DNA of 64,000 nucleotides from Escherichia coli (GTDB lineage Bacteria; Pseudomonadota; Gammaproteobacteria; Enterobacterales; Enterobacteriaceae): NCBI RefSeq assembly GCF_002854065.1, contig NZ_CP024147.1; one strand, 5' to 3'. Shown piece by piece: positions 52,426 to 64,000 of this stretch (position 1 is its first letter; each line of letters starts with the position of its first letter). The notes under the pieces were generated by a model. It saw only the letters and a program-made list of their open reading frames with translations, ran no database searches and was not told where the DNA came from. The position numbers and the translations under genes were made by a program.

Positions 52426-54159
52426 CTAAATTGGCCAGATATTGTCGATGATAATTTGCAGGCTGCGGTTGCCGCGAAACTCGTTGATATCGAGCTTGTA
52501 AGCCAGTTGCACTTCGCGCACGCCGTTATCCGGCCAGAGGGCGGTATCGACATTAAAAGCAATACCATCCAGCAGCGGACCGCCGCCGACCGGTTCGACC
52601 ATGACTTTCAAATGACGTTCGCCCACCAGCCGCTGTTGCAGCAGACGGAAATGACCGTCAAACAGCGGCTCCGGGAACATCTGCCCCCACGGGCCAGCAT
52701 CGCGCAGCAGCTGCGCCACTTCCATGGTCATTTCGGCCGGGCTTAACGGACCGTCTGACACCACTTCGCCTTGCAATAGCGAAGGGTCCAGCCACTCAGT
52801 AACCAGTTCGCCAAACCGTTGTTGAAAGAGTTCGAATTTATCCTCTTCCAGCGACAAACCCGCCGCCATCGCATGACCGCCAAACTTCAGCATCATGCCA
52901 GGGTAGAGTGTGTCTAATCGCTCCAGCGCATCACGCATATGCAGCCCCTGAATGGAGCGACCAGAACCTTTCAGCGTACCATCACCCGCGGGCGCAAAGG
53001 CGATAACCGGACGGTGAAAACGCTCTTTAATACGGGAAGCCAGAATACCGACAACCCCCTGATGCCATTCGGGGTGATACATTGCCAGCCCGCCGGGTAG
53101 CGTGTCACGGCTGCGCTCCAGTTTCTCGCACAGGGTCAGGGCTTCAACCTGCATTCCTTGTTCGATCTCTTTTCGCGTCTGGTTTAGCGCATCGAGTTCA
53201 TTTGCCAGCACGCGCGCTTCGCCGATGTTGTCGCACAGCAAGAGCGCCACACCGACGGACATATCGTCCAGTCGTCCGGCAGCATTGAGACGTGGCCCCA
53301 GCGCAAAACCTAAATCGCTGGCGGCGAGTTTTTGTGCATCACGGTTTGCCACTTCAAGCAGCGCTTTAATCCCTGGACGGCACTTTCCGGCTCGGATGCG
53401 ACTCATCCCCTGCCAGGTCAGAATGCGATTATTAGCGTCCAGCGGCACGACGTCCGCCACTGTCCCCAGCGCGACCAGATCCAGCAGTTCTGCCAGGTTA
53501 GGAATTGCGATGTTACGCTCATCAAACCAGCCCTGATCGCGCAAAAAGGTGCGCAGCGCCAGCATCAGATAAAACGCCACACCCACGCCTGCCAGTGATT
53601 TCGACGGGAAATTACAGTCGCGCAAGTTAGGGTTAATGATCGCTTCCGCCGCGGGTAATGTGTCGCCTGGCAAATGGTGATCGGTAACAATAACCGGGAT
53701 GCCCAACGAGCGAGCGTGCTCAACCCCCGCATGGGAGGAAATACCGTTATCCACCGTGACAATTAACTGCGCGCCACGGGCATGGGCCTGATCGACCACT
53801 TCCGGGCTTAAGCCGTAACCGTCTTCGAAACGGTTTGGTACCAGGTAGTCGATATCGCTGCAACCAAGCGAGCGCATCGCCAGCACGCTTAGAGCCGTGC
53901 TGGTGGCACCGTCGGCGTCGAAATCACCGACCACAATAATCCGCGTTCCTTCGCGAAAGGCGTTGTAAAGGATCTCAACGGCCTTTTCGACACCGCTCAG
54001 TTGCTGCCAGGGCAGCATACCTTTAACACTGCGTTCCAGTTCTTGCGCACTGCGTACTCCCCGGCTGGCGTATAAACGGCGCAGCAAGGGAGGCAATTCA
54101 GCGGGCAAGTCTGCCGTTTCATCGACTTCACGGCGACGAAGTTGTATCTGTTGTTTCAC
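52426..54159 (-). CDS. recJ: Single-stranded-DNA-specific 5'-3' exonuclease RecJ
   Basis: 577-aa ORF with DHH phosphoesterase motifs. Confidence 0.95.
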   Translation of the reverse strand: MKQQIQLRRREVDETADLPAELPPLLRRLYASRGVRSAQELERSVKGMLPWQQLSGVEKAVEILYNAFREGTRIIVVGDFDADGATSTALSVLAMRSLGCSDIDYLVPNRFEDGYGLSPEVVDQAHARGAQLIVTVDNGISSHAGVEHARSLGIPVIVTDHHLPGDTLPAAEAIINPNLRDCNFPSKSLAGVGVAFYLMLALRTFLRDQGWFDERNIAIPNLAELLDLVALGTVADVVPLDANNRILTWQGMSRIRAGKCRPGIKALLEVANRDAQKLAASDLGFALGPRLNAAGRLDDMSVGVALLLCDNIGEARVLANELDALNQTRKEIEQGMQVEALTLCEKLERSRDTLPGGLAMYHPEWHQGVVGILASRIKERFHRPVIAFAPAGDGTLKGSGRSIQGLHMRDALERLDTLYPGMMLKFGGHAMAAGLSLEEDKFELFQQRFGELVTEWLDPSLLQGEVVSDGPLSPAEMTMEVAQLLRDAGPWGQMFPEPLFDGHFRLLQQRLVGERHLKVMVEPVGGGPLLDGIAFNVDTALWPDNGVREVQLAYKLDINEFRGNRSLQIIIDNIWPI

Positions 54160-54164
54160 GCGAA

Positions 54165-54875
54165 TTATTTACCGCTGGTCATTTTTTGGTGTTCGTCGAG
54201 GAATTCTTTCATCTCTTTCGGCGGCTGGTAACCCGGAACAAGTGTGCCATTGCTCAGCACAATTGCCGGAGTACCGCTAACGCCAAGCTGGACGCCAAGT
54301 GCGTAATGGTCGGCAATATCCACGTCGCAACTGGCTGGTGCGACGCTTTTACCTGCCATCACATCATCAAACGCTTTGTTTTTGTCTTTCGCACACCAGA
54401 TAGCTTTCATTTCTTTCTCAGCATCGCTATCCAGCCCCTGGCGCGGGAAAGCAAGATAACGCACGGTGATCCCCAGCGCGTTGTAGTCTGCCATTTGCTC
54501 ATGCAGTTTGTGGCAGTAACCACAGGTAATATCAGTAAACACGGTGATGATGTGTTTTTCCTGCGGCGCTTTATAAACGATCATCTCTTTTTCAAGCGCA
54601 TTCAACTGCTTTAACAGCATCTTATTGGTGACATTGACCGGAGCCGTGCCGCTAACGTCATACATTGGCCCCTGAATGATATGTTTACCATCATCGGTGA
54701 TGTACAACACACCGCTGTTAGTCAGAACTGTCTTCATGCCAGCTACGGGCGCGGGCTGAATATCGCTGCTTTTGATGCCCATTTTGGCTAACGTTTGTTG
54801 AATTGCCGCGTCATCAGCCTGAGCAAAGCCTGAAAACGCCGCTAACAAAGTAAACAACATAAAACCTTTCTTCAT
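54165..54875 (-). CDS. dsbC: Periplasmic disulfide isomerase DsbC
   Basis: 236-aa ORF with signal peptide and CGYC thioredoxin-like active site. Confidence 0.95.
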   Translation of the reverse strand: MKKGFMLFTLLAAFSGFAQADDAAIQQTLAKMGIKSSDIQPAPVAGMKTVLTNSGVLYITDDGKHIIQGPMYDVSGTAPVNVTNKMLLKQLNALEKEMIVYKAPQEKHIITVFTDITCGYCHKLHEQMADYNALGITVRYLAFPRQGLDSDAEKEMKAIWCAKDKNKAFDDVMAGKSVAPASCDVDIADHYALGVQLGVSGTPAIVLSNGTLVPGYQPPKEMKEFLDEHQKMTSGK

Positions 54876-54899
54876 AAATCTTCCCGTTCTTTTCAGACA

Positions 54900-55796
54900 T
54901 CACGCCCGCGGGTGATGCTGTTGATGAAGTTGCCGCAGACGCTCGGTAGCGACATGCGTATAAATTTGCGTGGTGGAAAGATCGCTGTGGCCCAGTAGCA
55001 TCTGCACCACGCGTAAATCCGCACCATGATTTAATAAATGAGTGGCAAAAGCGTGGCGCAACACATGCGGTGACAGCTTTTCGCTGTCGATACCCGCCAG
55101 CACGGCATAATGTTTAATACGGTGCCAGAAGGTCTGTCGCGTCATCTGCTGCGCACGCTGGCTGGGAAACAACACGTCAATTGACACACCATTCAGCAGC
55201 CACGGACGCCCATGTTCCAGATAGGTTTCCAGCCAGTAAACCGCCTCTTCACCTAACGGTACCAGGCGCTCTTTGTTGCCTTTACCAATGACCCGCACTA
55301 CGCCCTGACGCAGGCTGATATCACTCATTGTCAGTCCGACCAGTTCAGAGACACGCAGCCCGGTAGCATACAACACTTCAAGCATGGCTTTATCGCGTAG
55401 CTCCAGTGGCTGATCAATTAATGGTGCCTGTAATAAACGTTCAACCTGCGCTTCGCTTAAATCTTTTGGCAAACGCTGGGGCAATTTCGGTGAAGCGAGA
55501 TGCGCACTGGGATCGTCTTCACGAAACTTTTCGCGATAAAGATACTGGAACAATCGGCGCACTGCACTCAGCAAACGCGCTGAGCTGGTGGCTTTATACC
55601 CGCCCTCCAGCCGTTCTGCCAGTAATGCCTGCAAATCGTCACTTTGCGCCGTCGCCAGCGTCAACCCGCGGTGATGCAACCACTCCACCATCATTGACAG
55701 ATCGCGACGGTAAGCGTTCAACGTATTTTCAGCCAGATTTTTTTCCAGCCACAGAGCATCAAGAAACTGCTCGATGCGTGCCAGATCCTGTTTCAC
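54900..55796 (-). CDS. xerD: Site-specific tyrosine recombinase XerD
   Basis: 298-aa ORF with the C-terminal catalytic R..HxxR..Y region (LGHSDLSTTQIYTHV). Confidence 0.95.
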   Translation of the reverse strand: MKQDLARIEQFLDALWLEKNLAENTLNAYRRDLSMMVEWLHHRGLTLATAQSDDLQALLAERLEGGYKATSSARLLSAVRRLFQYLYREKFREDDPSAHLASPKLPQRLPKDLSEAQVERLLQAPLIDQPLELRDKAMLEVLYATGLRVSELVGLTMSDISLRQGVVRVIGKGNKERLVPLGEEAVYWLETYLEHGRPWLLNGVSIDVLFPSQRAQQMTRQTFWHRIKHYAVLAGIDSEKLSPHVLRHAFATHLLNHGADLRVVQMLLGHSDLSTTQIYTHVATERLRQLHQQHHPRA

Positions 55797-55907
55797 TAGC
55801 GCCCCTTATGGTCACTCATTTGATCCATTATGCCTTATTGTGCCGTGACTAAAGCGATTCTGATACACTAGCCGCAAAAGCCACAGCAGAATCGAGAAGC
55901 TTACGTT

Positions 55908-56429
55908 ATGAATATGGGTCTTTTTTACGGTTCCAGCACCTGTTACACCGAAATGGCGGCAGAAAAAATCCGCGATATTATCGGCCCAGAACTGGTGACC
56001 TTACATAACCTCAAGGACGACTCCCCGAAATTAATGGAGCAGTACGATGTGCTCATTCTGGGTATCCCGACCTGGGATTTTGGTGAAATCCAGGAAGACT
56101 GGGAAGCCGTCTGGGATCAGCTCGACGACCTGAACCTCGAAGGTAAAATTGTTGCGCTGTATGGGCTTGGCGATCAACTGGGATACGGCGAGTGGTTCCT
56201 CGATGCGCTCGGTATGCTGCATGACAAACTCTCGACCAAAGGCGTGAAGTTCGTCGGCTACTGGCCAACGGAAGGATATGAATTTACCAGCCCGAAACCG
56301 GTGATTGCTGATGGGCAACTGTTCGTGGGGCTGGCGCTGGACGAAACTAACCAGTATGACCTTAGTGACGAGCGTATTCAGAGCTGGTGCGAACAAATCC
56401 TCAACGAAATGGCAGAGCATTACGCCTGA
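55908..56429 (+). CDS. fldB: Flavodoxin 2
   Basis: 173-aa ORF starting [20 protein letters not shown] (flavodoxin FMN loop). Confidence 0.95.
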
Positions 56430-56468
56430 TGTCACTGACGGCTTAGCGCATATGCTTTGCCGTCATCT

Positions 56469-57135
<667 letters not shown>

Positions 57136-57365
57136 TCACGAAAATCCAGTACCCCGCTATTGTAACGTGTTTTTCGACTTCTTTTACGGGAATATCAGTA
57201 AACACAATCGCGATCGCGAAATTAATTCACAACAATTCAAGGGCTTCATTTTTTTGGAAGTCGCCTCGCAGAAGGCACAGATCGCGTAGTGAAAGCACTT
57301 GCATTGCCTCATAGCTCTTTTACCATTAGTTATTAATACGCCGTTAAGCAACTCAGGACTCTATT

Positions 57366-58346
57366 ATGGCTTTTACACCTTTTCCTCCACGTCAGCCTAC
57401 GGCTTCTGCCCGTTTACCGCTGACGCTGATGACGCTTGATGACTGGGCGCTTGCCACCATTACTGGCGCGGACAGCGAAAAATATATGCAGGGCCAGGTG
57501 ACAGCAGATGTCAGCCAGATGACAGAAAATCAGCACCTGCTCGCCGCCCATTGCGACGCCAAAGGTAAAATGTGGAGCAATTTACGTCTGTTCCGCGACG
57601 GCGATGGCTTTGCGTGGATTGAACGGCGCAGCGTGCGTGAACCGCAGCTGACTGAACTGAAAAAATATGCGGTATTCTCTAAAGTGACCATCGCGCCAGA
57701 CGACGAGCGTGTGCTGCTTGGTGTTGCCGGTTTTCAGGCGCGCGCCGCACTGGCCAATCTCTTTAGTGAACTACCTTCGAGAGAAAAACAGGTAGTTAAA
57801 GAAGGCGCGACCACTTTGCTATGGTTTGAACACCCGGCAGAACGTTTCCTGATCGTAACCGATGAAGCTACTGCCAATATGCTGACCGATAAACTGCGCG
57901 GTGAAGCGGAACTGAACAATAGCCAACAGTGGCTGGCATTAAACATTCAAGCGGGTTTCCCGGTGATTGATGCCGCGAACAGCGGGCAGTTTATCCCACA
58001 GGCGACCAATCTCCAGGCGCTGGGCGGTATCAGCTTTAAGAAAGGCTGTTATACCGGACAAGAGATGGTGGCGCGAGCAAAATTCCGTGGTGCCAATAAA
58101 CGTGCGCTCTGGTTGCTGGCAGGTAGCGCCAGCCGACTGCCGGAAGCTGGTGAAGATTTAGAGCTGAAAATGGGCGAGAACTGGCGTCGCACCGGTACGG
58201 TGCTGGCTGCGGTAAAACTGGAAGATGGTCAGGTCGTGGTACAGGTCGTCATGAATAACGATATGGAACCGGACAGCATCTTCCGCGTGCGTGACGATGC
58301 GAATACATTGCATATCGAGCCGCTGCCGTATTCGCTCGAAGAGTAA
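57366..58346 (+). CDS. ygfZ: Folate-binding, GcvT-like Fe-S cluster repair protein
   Basis: 326-aa ORF; C-terminal KGCYTGQE motif. Confidence 0.92.
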   Translation: MAFTPFPPRQPTASARLPLTLMTLDDWALATITGADSEKYMQGQVTADVSQMTENQHLLAAHCDAKGKMWSNLRLFRDGDGFAWIERRSVREPQLTELKKYAVFSKVTIAPDDERVLLGVAGFQARAALANLFSELPSREKQVVKEGATTLLWFEHPAERFLIVTDEATANMLTDKLRGEAELNNSQQWLALNIQAGFPVIDAANSGQFIPQATNLQALGGISFKKGCYTGQEMVARAKFRGANKRALWLLAGSASRLPEAGEDLELKMGENWRRTGTVLAAVKLEDGQVVVQVVMNNDMEPDSIFRVRDDANTLHIEPLPYSLEE

Positions 58347-58354
58347 ATCTCTGT

Positions 58355-58409
58355 GTCGCATCAGGCATTTATCGCCTGATGCGACGCTGGCGCGTCTTAT
58401 CAGGCCTAC
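58355..58409. repeat. REP (repetitive extragenic palindromic) element pair
   Basis: GTCGCATCAGGC ... GCCTGATGCGACGCTGGCGCGTCTTATCAGGCCTAC between convergent ygfZ and yqfA. Confidence 0.8.
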
Positions 58410-58422
58410 AAAGGCATACCCA

Positions 58423-59085
<663 letters not shown>

Positions 59086-59245
59086 TTACTCCGGAGAAAC
59101 GTACACGCACATGTATACCTCTCCAGCGTAACTGAGAATAGTTCCAGTGAACACCTGTTAGCTAAAATAAATTCTGATTTGAGACTAATCTCCTAAAAAT
59201 CATGAAATTAAATGCGAAATTTCAACTAACAGGCGTGAGTTCAAT

Positions 59246-59557
59246 TTAAAGACATTTAAATTCAATCACATAAAACTGTGTCTGACCGGGATAGATGTCG
59301 GCAATGACCTTTTTCAGTTCAGTCAGGGTCATATTTTCCTGCTCTGCATGTTTTTCCGTCAGCGTATCCAGCGTTACGGTTGAGGTTGCGGTGACTTCAA
59401 TCGTGCAAAAATAACCGTCATCTTCAAAACGCCCGACACGAAGCACATCACCCGTTTTGAAGTGCGATTCAGACTCGTCGCGGATGGTGATGGTTTTACG
59501 CCCAGCCAGAATGTCATCCTGGAAACGTTGAAAAAAAGTGATGTCGTTTGGCTGCAT
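59246..59557 (-). CDS. yqfB: ASCH-domain protein (N4-acetylcytidine amidohydrolase family)
   Basis: 103-aa ORF starting [27 protein letters not shown]. Confidence 0.9.
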   Translation of the reverse strand: MQPNDITFFQRFQDDILAGRKTITIRDESESHFKTGDVLRVGRFEDDGYFCTIEVTATSTVTLDTLTEKHAEQENMTLTELKKVIADIYPGQTQFYVIEFKCL

Positions 59558-59574
59558 GGTACTATTTCCTGTAA

Positions 59575-61035
<1,461 letters not shown>

Positions 61036-61046
61036 TTACCCGATGT

Positions 61047-61071
61047 GCCTGATGCGCCCCGCTCATCAGGC
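61047..61071. repeat. REP-like palindrome
   Basis: GCCTGATGCGCCCCGCTCATCAGGC in the bglA-gcvP spacer. Confidence 0.6.
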
Positions 61072-61154
61072 CTGGCGCTCCTGTCATATATTGAACTCCA
61101 GGATTTTATATTTACGCTTCATCCGAGACACAAAGCGCACTTTATTAACAAGCT

Positions 61155-61173
61155 AAAAAGGCGCCGAAGCGCC
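61155..61173 (-). terminator. Intrinsic terminator downstream of gcvP
   Basis: Stem GGCGC/GCGCC with 4-nt loop; 5-nt U-run on the minus strand, shorter T-run on the plus strand. Confidence 0.65.
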
Positions 61174-61198
61174 TTTAGAAGATAGTCGAACCAGTAAA

Positions 61199-64000
61199 TT
61201 ACTGGTATTCGCTAATCGGTACGCAGGAACAGAACAGGTTACGGTCACCGTAAACATCATCCAGACGTTTCACCGTCGGCCAGTATTTGTCTGCCACACC
61301 TGCCGGGAATACCGCAACTTCACGGCTGTACGGATGCGCCCACTCGGCGACCAGTTCGCTCTGAATGTGCGGCGCGTTCACCAGCGGGTTATCTTCCAGC
61401 GGCCAGACACCGGCTTTCACCTGGTCAATTTCTGCGCGGATAGCCAGCATCGCGTCGATAAAGCGATCCAGTTCCACTTTGCTTTCAGATTCAGTCGGTT
61501 CAACCATCAGCGTACCCGCCACCGGGAACGACATCGTCGGCGCGTGGAAACCGTAGTCGATCAGGCGCTTGGCAATATCCAGCTCGCTGATGCCGGTTTC
61601 TTCTTTCAGCGGGCGAATATCGAGAATACATTCGTGCGCCACGCGACCGTCGCGACCGGTATACAGCACTGGGAAGGCATCCTGCATGCGGCTGGCAATA
61701 TAGTTGGCGTTGAGGATTGCCACCTGGCTTGCTTTTTTCAGCCCTTCTGCGCCCATCATGCGGATGTACATCCAGCTGATTGGCAGGATAGAGGCGCTAC
61801 CGAACGGTGCCGCAGAAACCGCGCCCTGACGGGTTAACATGCCTTCGATTTGCACCACGCTATGACCCGGTACAAACGGAGCCAGATGCGCTTTCACACC
61901 GATCGGTCCCATACCCGGCCCACCACCGCCGTGCGGAATGCAGAAAGTTTTATGTAGGTTAAGGTGTGAAACGTCCGCACCAATAAAGCCCGGCGAGGTG
62001 ATGCCAACCTGGGCGTTCATGTTCGCGCCATCAAGGTAAACCTGACCGCCGAACTGATGCACGACTTCACATACTTCACGGATCGTTTCTTCATACACGC
62101 CGTGGGTGGAAGGATAGGTCACCATGATACAGGAGAGGTTATCGCCCGCCTGTTCCGCTTTCGCGCGCAGATCAGCCAGATCGATGTTGCCGTTTTTATC
62201 ACATGCCACAACCACCACCTGCATTCCTGCCATATGTGCAGAAGCAGGGTTAGTGCCGTGCGCAGAAGCCGGGATCAGGCAGATATCGCGATGCCCTTCG
62301 TTGCGGCTTTCATGATAATGACGAATCGCCAGCAGGCCCGCGTATTCGCCCTGTGCACCAGAGTTCGGCTGCACACAAACGGCGTCGTAACCGGTCAGTT
62401 TCACCAGCCAGTCAGCCAGCTGCGCAATCATCTGCTGATAACCTTCGGCCTGCTCCGGCGGGCAGAACGGATGCAGTTCGGCAAATTCCGGCCAGGTGAT
62501 TGGGATCATCTCGGCGGCGGCGTTCAGTTTCATGGTGCAGGAACCCAGCGGGATCATCGCCTGATTCAGCGCCAGATCTTTACGCTCCAGCGAGTGCATA
62601 TAGCGCATCATTTCGGTTTCGCTGTGGTAGCGATTAAACACCGGATGGGTGAGGATTTCGTCGTCGCGCAGCATCGCAGGCTGGATAGAGCGGCTGTCGT
62701 GAGCCACGTCTTTGTCCAGCGTGTCGATGTCCAGCCCGTGATTATCCCCCAGTAGTACGCTGAAAAGCTGCATCACGTTTTCGCGCGTGGTGGTTTCATC
62801 AAGGGTGATCCCAACCGCGTTCAGGATATCGCTACGCAGGTTGATTTCAGCCGCTTCGGCACGCGCCAGTACGCCCGCCTTGTCGGCCACTTCCACACAC
62901 AGAGTGTCGAAATAGTGCGCATGGCGCAGCTTCAGACCTTTTTGTTGCAGGCCTGCCGCCAGGATATCGGTCAGACGGTGAATGCGGTTAGCGATACGTT
63001 TCAGGCCAACCGGACCGTGATAAACGGCATACAGGCTGGCGATGTTTGCCAGCAGCACCTGGGAAGTACAAATGTTGGAGTTCGCTTTCTCACGACGAAT
63101 ATGTTGCTCGCGAGTCTGCATCGCCATGCGCAGCGCGGTATTGCCAGCTGCATCTTTCGATACACCGATAATACGGCCTGGCATTGAGCGTTTGTATTCG
63201 TCTTTCGCCGCAAAGAATGCCGCGTGTGGGCCACCGTAACCCATCGGTACGCCAAAGCGTTGCGCCGAACCAAAAACAATATCTGCGCCCTGTTTACCCG
63301 GCGCAGTTAACAGCACCAGCGCCATAATATCGGCGGCGACGCTGACCACAATTTTGCGTGATTTCAGTTCGCTGATAAGCGCAGTGTAGTCGTGAATTTC
63401 ACCAGTAGTACCGACCTGCTGTAACAGCACGCCGAAGACGTCCTGATGGTCGAGCACTTTTTGCGCATCATCGACAATCACTTCAAAACCAAAGGTTTCA
63501 GCACGAGTACGTACCACATCCAGCGTTTGCGGATGAACGTCAGAAGCAACAAAGAAGCGGTTGGCATTTTTCAGTTTGCTGACGCGTTTCGCCATCGCCA
63601 TTGCTTCGGCGGCAGCGGTGGCTTCGTCAAGAAGAGAAGCAGAGGCCATATCCAGCCCGGTTAAATCCAGCGTTACCTGCTGGAAGTTGAGCAGTGCTTC
63701 AAGGCGGCCCTGCGAGACTTCAGGTTGATACGGAGTATACGCGGTATACCAGCCCGGATTTTCCAGCATGTTACGCAGGATAACCGGCGGTAGCTGCACG
63801 GCGGTGTAACCCATGCCGATGTAAGACGTGAAGCGTTTATTGCGACTGGCAATAGCCTTGAGTTCTGCCAGTGCAGCGTATTCGGTCGCCGGTGCGCCAA
63901 CCTGCGGCGGGGTCGCAAGCTGAATATCTTTCGGTACAATCTGGCCGGTCAGCGCGTTTAACGATTGTGCGCCAACGGCATTCAGCATTTCTTGCTGTTG
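61199..64000 (-). CDS. gcvP: Glycine dehydrogenase (decarboxylating), P protein; 5' end outside the window
   Basis: Open frame from the TAA at 61199-61201 to the window edge (more than 930 codons); PLP-dependent P-protein homology; N-terminal ~28 codons lie beyond position 64000. Confidence 0.95.
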   Translation of the reverse strand, partial: QQQEMLNAVGAQSLNALTGQIVPKDIQLATPPQVGAPATEYAALAELKAIASRNKRFTSYIGMGYTAVQLPPVILRNMLENPGWYTAYTPYQPEVSQGRLEALLNFQQVTLDLTGLDMASASLLDEATAAAEAMAMAKRVSKLKNANRFFVASDVHPQTLDVVRTRAETFGFEVIVDDAQKVLDHQDVFGVLLQQVGTTGEIHDYTALISELKSRKIVVSVAADIMALVLLTAPGKQGADIVFGSAQRFGVPMGYGGPHAAFFAAKDEYKRSMPGRIIGVSKDAAGNTALRMAMQTREQHIRREKANSNICTSQVLLANIASLYAVYHGPVGLKRIANRIHRLTDILAAGLQQKGLKLRHAHYFDTLCVEVADKAGVLARAEAAEINLRSDILNAVGITLDETTTRENVMQLFSVLLGDNHGLDIDTLDKDVAHDSRSIQPAMLRDDEILTHPVFNRYHSETEMMRYMHSLERKDLALNQAMIPLGSCTMKLNAAAEMIPITWPEFAELHPFCPPEQAEGYQQMIAQLADWLVKLTGYDAVCVQPNSGAQGEYAGLLAIRHYHESRNEGHRDICLIPASAHGTNPASAHMAGMQVVVVACDKNGNIDLADLRAKAEQAGDNLSCIMVTYPSTHGVYEETIREVCEVVHQFGGQVYLDGANMNAQVGITSPGFIGADVSHLNLHKTFCIPHGGGGPGMGPIGVKAHLAPFVPGHSVVQIEGMLTRQGAVSAAPFGSASILPISWMYIRMMGAEGLKKASQVAILNANYIASRMQDAFPVLYTGRDGRVAHECILDIRPLKEETGISELDIAKRLIDYGFHAPTMSFPVAGTLMVEPTESESKVELDRFIDAMLAIRAEIDQVKAGVWPLEDNPLVNAPHIQSELVAEWAHPYSREVAVFPAGVADKYWPTVKRLDDVYGDRNLFCSCVPISEYQ

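Overview
Enterobacterial (Escherichia coli-type) chromosomal window, co-linear with the K-12 ygeA-araE-kduDI-yqeFG ... xdhABC-ygeV-ygeWXY-hyuA-yqeABC-ygfJKM-xdhD-xanQ-guaD-ghxQ-ygfST-uacT-idi-lysS-prfB-recJ-dsbC-xerD-fldB-cptA-sdhE-ygfZ-yqfAB-bglA-gcvP region. All gene identities are from my own recognition of the translated ORFs; no database search was run. Three parts stand out. (1) An accessory segment at about 7.4-16.2 kb: two tandem IS1 copies, an IS1-truncated InvG-like type III secretion secretin gene, an intact InvF-like AraC regulator, an unannotated 59-aa two-helix membrane ORF, a signal-peptide GH15-like protein, an IS2 with a 5-bp target duplication, tRNA-Gly(CCC), and a third IS1 in the ygeR/xdhA divergent promoter region. 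This looks like a heavily decayed ETT2-type type III secretion island next to glyU, with a different decay pattern from the K-12 one as I remember it. (2) A roughly 32-kb block of purine/urate-type catabolic and molybdo-/seleno-enzyme genes with one sigma-54 activator (ygeV) and four sigma-54-like -24/-12 motifs placed upstream of xdhA, ygeW, ygfK and uacT. (3) A conserved housekeeping tail including the prfB +1 frameshift site and the cptA/sdhE pair. I found no CRISPR array and no rRNA. The most novel candidates are the small membrane ORF and the GH15-like gene beside the secretion regulator, and the possible multi-operon sigma-54 regulon. Coordinates for manually found motifs were anchored to ORF-track boundaries, but all motif calls are by eye, not by a scoring tool.
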